DNA of 64,000 nt from NCBI RefSeq assembly GCF_006345805.1, contig NC_043023.1, positions 2,356,001 to 2,420,000 on the forward strand, read 5' to 3'. Under the pieces are notes generated by a model, which was not told the origin of the DNA, did not search any database, and saw only the letters and a program-made list of their open reading frames with translations. A program made the translations under genes and the position numbers. The first letter of the stretch is position 1. The number at the start of each line of letters is the position of its first letter. This document shows, in pieces, positions 55,331-64,000 of this stretch. The stretch comes from Octopus sinensis. Its lineage: Eukaryota.

Positions 55331-56444
55331 CACATGGTCGTCGTCCACCCCTGTCACACACAGACGGATGGAAAACAGTAGTTGCTGGTACAACAGGGTA
55401 ATCGCCGAATGGAGTGTGATTTGTTTCAATTAAACCCAGTCACAAATCGTCGAAACAACTCATGGAAATATTTTTTATATTTTACCTTTTGCTGGTTTCA
55501 CTCATTGGACAGCAGCCATGCTGGGGAACCACCTTGAAGGGCTTTCGAATTGAACAAATTGACTCCTGATACTTATTTTTTTCCTCTTTAACTTTGGTGT
55601 ATATTCTATAGGTTTGTTTTACTGAATTACTGGCTGGGTTATGGGGATGTAAACAAACCAACATAGGCTATCAAGCAGTTTAGGGGAACTGACACAAAAT
55701 CATGCACAAACATATTTTTAATCTTTTACTTGCTTCAGTCATTGGACTGTGGCCCGGCTGGAGCAGCACTTTGAATTATTTATTGCCATGGTAGTAGTAA
55801 GATTCATAGAAGTTTTGTGGGAATATTGAATTCACAAGCAGTCCCTGACATCCTGCATGCATATCCCGAGTGATGGGATGCCCTGTTTGCCGCGGAGTCT
55901 CCACAGACGCAGGAGCAGAATGACCTCGAAGCCGCTGGTTGCCAATCAGATGCCTCTTGGAATTTTCACCAGAGCCCCGTTGTCCAGGCTGCGACCCTAA
56001 TACCGCTTGGTGCCTGATGAATTCACCTTCGGTGGCCCTGCCAGGAACTGAAGTTCCCGATGGCATAGCGCTGACACTGCCCGTTTACACCACCCTACAC
56101 TTTGAGGAGGGGTTGGACTTTAGGGGTTGCCGTTAGGAACAGAGAAGAAGCCGGCTCAACCCACCCTGGGTGGATGCTGTCATAAATAAGTACCTTGAAT
56201 GGTTGTTTTTAGTGAAACAAATCGACACCCATGCTATTTTTGTTCCTTAAGCCTCTCTTTTGCCAAACTGCTAAGTTACAGGGACAAAAACAAACCAACA
56301 TTGATTGTCAAGTGGTGGCAGGAGACTAACATAAAGACACACACGCACACACACATACAGTATCTTTCATTCTTCTACTTGTTTAAGCCAATGCTGGAGC
56401 ATCACCTTTCTGTTGATGAAATCAACCGAAGGACTTATTACTCT

Positions 56445-57058
56445 CTCTTTTCTCTTTTACTTGTTTCAGTCATTTGACTGTGGCCATGCTGGAGCACCGC
56501 CTTTAGTCAAACAAATCAACCCCAGAACTTATTCTTTGTAAGCCTAGTACTTATTCTATCGGTTTCTTTTGTCGAACCGCTAAGTTACCTATTTCTTTAT
56601 TACCCAAAAGGGGCTAAACACAGAGGGGACAATCAAAGACAGACATAGGTATGAAGTCGATTACATCAACCCCAGTGCGTAACTGGTACTTAATTTATCG
56701 ACCCCGAAATGATGAAAGGCAAAGTCAACCTCAGCGGAATTTGAACTCACAACGTAACGCAGACGAAATACCGCTAAGCATTTCGTCCGGCGTGCTAACA
56801 TTTCTGCCAGCCTGCCGCCTTAAACACACCAGCATCGGTTGTCAGGCGATGTTGTGTGGACAAACACATACACACCTACATATATATACATATATACAAT
56901 GGGCTTCTTTCAGTTTCCATCTACCAAATCCACTCAGAAGGCTTTGGTCAGCCCGAAGCTATAGTAGAAGACACTTGCCGAGGTGCTATGCAGTGGGACT
57001 GAACCCAGAACCGTGTGGTTGGTAAGCAAGCTACTTACCACACAGCCACTCCTGCGCC
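56445..57058 (-). mobile_element. SINE family A with nested SINE family B (56587-56822)
   Basis: Family A breaks at CTAAGTTAC and resumes at ACACACCAGCATCGG. Confidence 0.85.
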
Positions 57059-57814
57059 TATATATATATATACATATATATACATACAGGGTAGTCCTTA
57101 AGTTTTTAACACTACACCTAAACAAGATGGTGGCTCTGAAAATACATTAACTAGAAAATTATTTTTTTTTGTTTTTCTAAATCATTTTCCATCACAACAG
57201 ATTATAAATCACATTAAAAAAAATGACAAAAAGTTGTCTTCATTAAAAAAAAATTATTTCAAGTGATATTAATTTTGTTATGAAAGCAATAATAATAATA
57301 ATTAATAATTAATTTTTCATTATAATTATAACCATTTTTTAATTTTATTTTATTTTGCTTGAATTTGATTTGTAAGATTTTTTATTTCAAACTGTGTGTG
57401 TTGCAGCCAATTATGTTATATTTCGGGAAAATCATACTGTTAAAAACAGATTCTCTGCTTGTGGTTTATGTGGCATTTTGGTAAAATATTCAAAAATATT
57501 TCCTCACAAAATTCTGTGATCCTACAACATGGCCAGGATGTTTCATCAAAGCTTGTATCCTCTAAGCTACCTCAGGGCTGGAAACTTCAAGTTCTGTTTG
57601 TTTGAGAGCTGAATATACAAACATACTTTTGTACATATGTATAGGTGCAGTATGAAGCTTGCTTCCCATCAACATGATTTTGGGTTCAGTCCCACTGCGT
57701 AGCACCTTGATCAGGTATCTTCTACTATAATCTCACACTGATGAAAGCCTTGTGAGTGGATTTGGTAGACGGAAACTGAAAGAAGCCTGTTGTGTATATA
57801 TATATTTCATGTGC

Positions 57815-58550
57815 ATGTTGCTAAATTGGCAATGAAATGTAGGCGGCTGACCAGATGGATTCTTTGAACCTTTAGAACAAGAGACCAGGAAACCATGATG
57901 GTCCTCTGGAGGACACTTGTCCTAAGCCACTTTGACTATTGCTCTCAGCTATGGTCACCATCCAGTTTCAAGTTAATCACAGAACTTGAGGCGATCCAAC
58001 GAAGCTACATGAAGATAGCCTCTGTGCAGCATATAAACTACTGGGAAAGACTCAAGAGATTAAGACTCTATTCCTTAGAGTGTAGGCGAGAAAGATCTGC
58101 CATAATATACATCTGGAAGATCCTGGAGGGACTTGTCCCAAACTTTGGCATCGAGAGTTACACAAATGCTAGAACTGGGTGCCACTGCATAGTGCCAAGG
58201 ACTCCAGGTGTGCCATCAAGATGTAGGACAAGATACTGTGATAGCCTGGGCTTCAGAGGCCCACAGCTCTTTAATATCCTCCCGAAGGACCTGAGAGACC
58301 TGCATGGGGTGGATGCAGATGTCTTTAAAATAAAACTGGATCTCTTCTTGTCAGGTGTTCCAGATGAACCAACTTCACAGCAGGAGGTGCAGATGAGGGC
58401 AGCTGCATTCGAACTCTCTCATGCACCAATGGCAATTGCTAAAAGCATTCGTGAATAAAATCATGTAGCAACACAAATGGTGTGCCCCAACATGCCCCAC
58501 CAGCTCGTGAGCTGAAACTAGATAAAATAAATAAAATAAAATAAAAATAT
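57815..58550 (+). mobile_element. CR1/L2-like LINE 3' end (RT C-terminus, 3' UTR and AAAT-rich tail)
   Basis: LWRTLVLSHFDYCSQLWSP...LEAIQRS...YWERLKRLRLYSLECRRER...IYIWKILEGLVP...GPQLFNILP...FKIKLDLFL. Confidence 0.9.
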
Positions 58551-58838
58551 TCCTGTCCATATCAGCTAACTCTGACGAGCGTAAGGTTATATAATCGGAT
58601 TGTTACCAAACTTTCCATTGTATCCCATGTCTGAAACCAATTGATAAAATCAGCTATCATCATCATTGTTTAACGTCCGTTTTCCATGCTGGCATGGGGA
58701 AAAAAGGAGACTGCACCAGATTTCAGTCTCATCTGGCAGTGTTTCTACAGCTGGATGCCCTTCCTAATGTCAACCACTCTGCGAGTGTAGATGGAAATTG
58801 AAAGAAACCTGTTGTATATTTATATATATATATATGTA

Positions 58839-58878
<40 letters not shown>

Positions 58879-58980
58879 TTATCGCCATACTAATATGGCA
58901 TTCTTATAAAAATAAGATAAAGCTGTCCGCTTATTAGCTCCATGAGGCCATCGCCTTAAGTTAGCTATTCGATACACAAA

Positions 58981-59028
58981 CTGTATCCATATAACCGACG
59001 AATGGCAACGTGAAACTCAGAGTAACAG
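58981..59028 (+). ncRNA. Hammerhead candidate (U4C), same family as 19296, with helix I interrupted by 10 nt
   Basis: CUGU-[auccauauaa]-CCGACGA-AUG(GCAA)CGU-GAAA-CUC-A-GAGU-A/ACAG. Confidence 0.5.
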
Positions 59029-59187
59029 GTTTTGTTGAATTTTCTGCTGCCTTAAATAAAGTATACACATATATATATATATATATATATAGATTAATTT
59101 TAATCCAAACGGGAAACAAAAAAACAACAACAATGGAACAATTACACCTATTATTATAATAGGCGCTCAGGAAAAGGAAGCAGGGAG

Positions 59188-59222
59188 GTATGACGTTTCG
59201 AGCGGAGCTCTTCGTCGGAAAC
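59188..59222 (-). ncRNA. Minimal type I hammerhead candidate (U4C) in a PLE-type end
   Basis: Minus strand GUUU-CCGACGA-A-GAGC(UCC)GCUC-GAAAC-GUC/AUAC. Confidence 0.55.
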
Positions 59223-59714
59223 ATAAAGAGGGAAGAGAGAGGAAAGAAAGATCCCAGAGCGGGCAACAGGAAAGAGAAAAAAGACGACTGGTGTTTACGA
59301 GTTGCACATGGTGAAAGGCGGATGTTTACGAAAACAGAGCAAAGTGGGTTTTTAAAGGCAAAGAGTGGGAGACAAGGTTGGTACGCAACAGATGTGTGTG
59401 TATGTGTGAGTGTGTGCGTGTGCGTGTGTGTATGTGTGTGTGTGTGAGGCGATAATGAAAACAAAAAAATATATTATGTGTGTGTTAGTGTGTGCGTCTG
59501 TGTGTAGGCGTGTGAGGTAGGGCGAGACTGTGGTCAGCTTAGCAGACAAAGGTCAAACAGGCTTCTTTCAATTTCCATCTACCAAATCCACTCACAAGGC
59601 TTTGGTCGGCCCAAGGCTATATAAAGTAGAAGATACTTGTCCAAGGTGCGATGCAATGGAACTGAACCCAAAACCATGTGATTGTGATGCAAGCTTCTTA
59701 CCACACAGACACAC

Positions 59715-59754
<40 letters not shown>

Positions 59755-61022
59755 CCTGTATAAATTTGTGATACGGCAGCATGTGTGTCTGTCTCCATAA
59801 TGAATCCAAAATAAAATGACCAACAGCAATGAAATTCGGTAAAGCACAGTAACTTGACTTGAAGAATTACAGATTTAAATCTGAAGAATTTGGCAAAGTT
59901 ATGTCCAGAGGAAACCATTTGGAAATATCTTTGAAGGGCAGCTTTATAAGTGGAATGCCTGTAGCTCTGTTGTCGTTGAAGATATGCTTACTCTCCTTGC
60001 CGTTTGTCTTGGAATTGGTAGAGGGGGGATCGCATGTAAATAATTAAAACATAGATTGCTTAACGGAATTTAAATTGTGCGTAATTATTTTTGCAATTAA
60101 AGTATTTTGTTTTTGCTTAGTTAATTTTAAATAAAAGGAATACGAATCTTATGAATTAAAAATTTTTTTAAAGTAATAATTTGTGGTCGAGTGTTCGGGG
60201 TGTTTGTGTGTGTGTGAGGGTGCATGTATGCGTGTATGTGTTTGAGTGTGTGCGTGTTTGAGTGTATGTGTGTTTGTGTATATGTGTGTATGTATATATG
60301 CATGTGTGTATTTATGAGTGTGTGTGTATGTGTATGCGTGTGTTTTTATGTGTGCATGTATGTGTGTTTGTTTGTGTGTCTGCATTTGTGTATATGCATG
60401 TGTGTGTGTATATGAGTGTATGTGCATGTGTATATATGTGTATGTGTACATCTGCTGGTGGCCAATCATATTTCAATATGCGATTTAACAGATTCTTACA
60501 AAAAAATGATGTTACTTTCAAATAGGTGCAGGCATGGCTGTGTCGTAAGTAGCTTGCTTCCCAACCACATGTTTCCATGTTCAATCCCACCACATGACAC
60601 CTTGAGCAGATGGACTTCTTTCAGTTTCTGTTTACCAAATCCACTCACAATACTTCGGTCGGCCCGAGGCTATAGTAGAAGACACTTGCCCAAGGTGCCA
60701 TGCAGTGGGACTGAACCCAGAACCATGTGGTTGATTAGCAAGCTACTTACCACACAGACACTTCTACACCTATGGATATTCATTGGTGATATCCTGCTCT
60801 TAATGTGTATTTTTCATTTATCATATATTATATATATATATATATATATACGACAGGGTTCTTTCAGTTTCTGTCTACAAAATCCACTCGCAATGTTTTG
60901 GTTGGTCTGGGTCTATAGTAGAAGACACTTGCCCAAGACCCACATCGTTGGGAAGCAAGCTTCTTCCACACAGCCACACACACACACACACACCACATAA
61001 TATAAATTCAAAGAACAAACAA

Positions 61023-61122
61023 NNNNNNNNNNNNNNNNNNNNNNNNNNNNNNNNNNNNNNNNNNNNNNNNNNNNNNNNNNNNNNNNNNNNNNNNNNNNNN
61101 NNNNNNNNNNNNNNNNNNNNNN
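61023..61122. other. Assembly gap (100 N)
   Basis: Run of N. Confidence 1.
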
Positions 61123-61309
61123 ATGTAATCATTGAAACACAAACCACATATATTTACATTTAGACACATGTATATTCTATGGGTGTGCATATATGTGAGT
61201 TGTGGAGAAGTGTATACATAGATAGATAAATACATACATACACACACATACAGTTGCATATATATATATATATATATATATACATACATATACACATACT
61301 CACAAACAT

Positions 61310-61365
<56 letters not shown>

Positions 61366-61379
61366 ATACACATATATAA

Positions 61380-61860
61380 ACACGTGTACATCCTGACTGA
61401 AACCACATCATCCCATATGACCGTGCTTTGCTATACACCGCTACAAAGGCCATAAAATGCTGTAATTGATAAGAAATTCTTTCGGTTAACGTTGATGTAT
61501 TAGTGCCGACTGCAGGAGAGCCGACATTAGCAGCAACAGCAGCAGCAACAGAAACAACAGCGGCGGCGGCAGCAGCAATGGCAGAACGGGAATCAGCGGT
61601 GGGAGCGGTGAGGTGCATGTGGGGAAGAAGGGTCTGGTATTCGCAGAAAACTTTTTATGGATTTCGGCGCTGCATGCAGGAATTATAGGCCATTTATGTC
61701 ATTATATTTCATGTTATTTATTTTTATGCTCTTCACCCCTCTCCCCCGTCACCTCTTCTTCCTCTTCGTCTTCCTCCTCCTCCTCCGGTCTCTCCCCTCC
61801 TCTCTTCGGTGCCGTTCGTTGGTATAATATGATTAATGCAATCAAACATATGAAGTAGGT
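61380..61860. other. Unique CpG-rich segment with (GCA/GCG)n and (TCC)n tracts; possible exon or 5' UTR of an unidentified gene
   Basis: Locally high GC and CpG content. Short poly-Ala or poly-Ser ORFs occur on both strands, with no recognisable domain. Confidence 0.3.
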
Positions 61861-61899
61861 CTCTTGTAGTAATGGAAGGTCATTGTTGGAGCTTTGTAA

Positions 61900-62056
61900 T
61901 GAAAATGAATAACAACAACAACAACAATGGTAAAGACAATAATAATAAAGATAATAATAAAGATAACAATATAGATAACAATAATAATAAAAATAATAAT
62001 AATGATAATAATAATAATAATAAAGATAATAATAATAAAAATAATAATAATAAAGA

Positions 62057-62104
<48 letters not shown>

Positions 62105-62152
62105 TAATAATAATAAAGTTAATAATAATAAAAATAATAATAATAAAGATAA

Positions 62153-62183
<31 letters not shown>

Positions 62184-62410
62184 AATAATAAAGATAATAA
62201 TAATAAAAATAATAATAATAAAGATAATAATAATAAAAATAATAATAATAAAGATAATAATAAAGATAATAAAAATAATAATAGTAATAATAATAATAAA
62301 GATAATAATAATAAAAATAATAATAATAAAGATAATAATAAAGATAATAATAATAATAATAGTAATAATAATAATGATAATAAAGATAATAATAAAGATA
62401 AGAATATAAG
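61900..62410. repeat. Interrupted (AAT)n tract
   Basis: Direct inspection. Confidence 0.95.
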
Positions 62411-62416
62411 ATAACC

Positions 62417-62807
62417 GGCGCAGGTGTGGCTGTGTGGTAAGTAGCTTGTTTACCAACCACATGGTACCAGGTTCAGTCCCACTGTGTGGCACCTTGGGTA
62501 AGTGTCTTCTGCTATAGCCTCGGGCCGACCAAAGCCTTGTGAGGGGATTTGGTAGACGGAAACTGAAAGAAGCCCGTAATATATATGTATATATATGTGT
62601 GTGTGTGTATGTATGTATATGCTTGAGTGTCTGTGTTTGTACTCCCAACATCGCTTGACAACCAATGCTGGTGTGTATACGTCCCCGGCAAAAGCGACTG
62701 ATAGAATAAGTACTAGGCTTACAAAGAGTAAGTCCTGGGGTCGATTTGCTCAACTAAAGGCAGTGCTCCAGCATGGCCACAGTCAAATAACTGCAACAAG
62801 TAAAGAG
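62417..62807 (+). mobile_element. SINE family A
   Basis: GGCGCAGGTGTGGCTGTGTGG head and complete tail. Confidence 0.9.
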
Positions 62808-62859
62808 TAAAAGAGTATAATAATAAAGATGATAATAAAGATAACAATATAGATAATAA

Positions 62860-63365
62860 TTGAAGTGCGTGGCTCAGTGGCTAGAGTGTTGGGTTCAAAA
62901 TCATGACATAGTGAGTTCGAATCCCGGACCGGGCTGTGTGTTGTGTTCTTGTGCAAGACACTTTATTTCACGTTTCTCCAATTTACTCAGCTGTAGAAAT
63001 GAGTTGCGATGTCACTGATACCAAGCTGTATTGGTCCCTTTGCCTTTTCCTCGGATAACATTGGTGGCATGAAGAGAGGAGACTGGTATGCATGGGTGAC
63101 CGCTGGTCTTCAATTAATAACCTTGCTGGCACTTGTGCTTCAAAGGGGAACCTTCTAGGTGCAATCACACAGTCATTCATGACCAAAGGGAGTCTTTACT
63201 CTTTATGCTATACACATATATAGTGGTGTAGAGAGGGGAGGCCAGTATGCATGGTCAACTACTGGTCTTCCATAAACTATCTTGCCTGGACTTGTGCCTC
63301 AGAGTGTAACTTTCTTGGTGCAATCCCATGGTCATTCATAACTGAAGGAAGTCTTTACCTTTTTA
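62860..63365 (+). mobile_element. tRNA-derived SINE (family F) with duplicated 3' part
   Basis: GTGCGTGGCTCAGTGGCTAGAG...GAGTTCGAATCCC boxes. The 3' segment is repeated at ~63100 and ~63260. Confidence 0.65.
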
Positions 63366-63713
63366 CCTTCAAGATAATAATAATAATAATAATAATAATC
63401 TCTTCTGTTGTAGGCACAAGGTGTGAAATTGGGAGAGGGGCCTATTCGATTACATCAACCCCAGTGTTTCACTGGTCCTTAATTTATCAACCCTGAAAGG
63501 CAGATTTTGAACAATAATAATAATGATAATCCTTTCTACTACAGGCACAAGACCTGAAATTTGAGGGAGGGTGTAACTGGTAGTTATTTCATTGATTCTG
63601 AAAGGATGAAACGCAAAGTTGTCCTCAGTGGAATTTGAACTCAGAACATAAGGATGTACAAAATACTGCTAAGCATTTTGCCCAGCTTGCTAACAATTCT
63701 GCCAGATACTGCC

Positions 63714-63745
<32 letters not shown>

Positions 63746-64000
63746 TGTAATAATTATAATAATAATAATAATAATGAATAAGTCCTGGGGTCAATTTGCT
63801 CCATTAAACGTGGTGCTCCAGCATGGCCACAGTCAAATGACTGAAACAAGTAAGAAAGTAAAAGAATAAGCACAATGATTAACAAAGAGATTAAATCAAC
63901 AATATGTTTTCCCAATAGGGGGTGAGTTCCACCATAAGGTGATCAAAGAGACCTCATGCACTTCAGGGCCCTTAACACCTATGGCTCCTCAAGAAGGCAC

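Noticed and set aside
59860-60050. Short open frames on both strands and a CUGAAGA...GAAAC string
   Set aside because: No UH triplet or helix I, and the exon boundaries are ambiguous with no homology.

Overview
AT-rich, microsatellite-saturated eukaryotic DNA whose repeat repertoire resembles an Octopus genome (recognised from memory, not verified). No host protein-coding gene can be supported. Almost all listed ORFs are translations of (TA)n, (CA)n, (GAT)n, (AAT)n and (CTT)n tracts. The window is a mosaic of several tRNA-derived SINE families, decayed LINE fragments (RTE, CR1/L2-like, Tx1-like, R4/Dong-like RLE), Penelope-like element (PLE) fragments, non-autonomous Helitrons, mariner/maT, piggyBac and hAT remnants, one higher-order tandem repeat and a 100-N gap. 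The main unannotated signal is about 15 complete or decayed type I hammerhead ribozyme motifs, plus several halves, from roughly 8-10 different short PLE-type families. Two have fully canonical cores and clean helices (8735-8805 and 11064-11140, both minus strand). Each family carries its own self-complementary helix III, which suggests dimer-dependent, family-specific activation. Several motifs sit in fold-back palindromes whose breakpoints fall at or near the predicted cleavage site.
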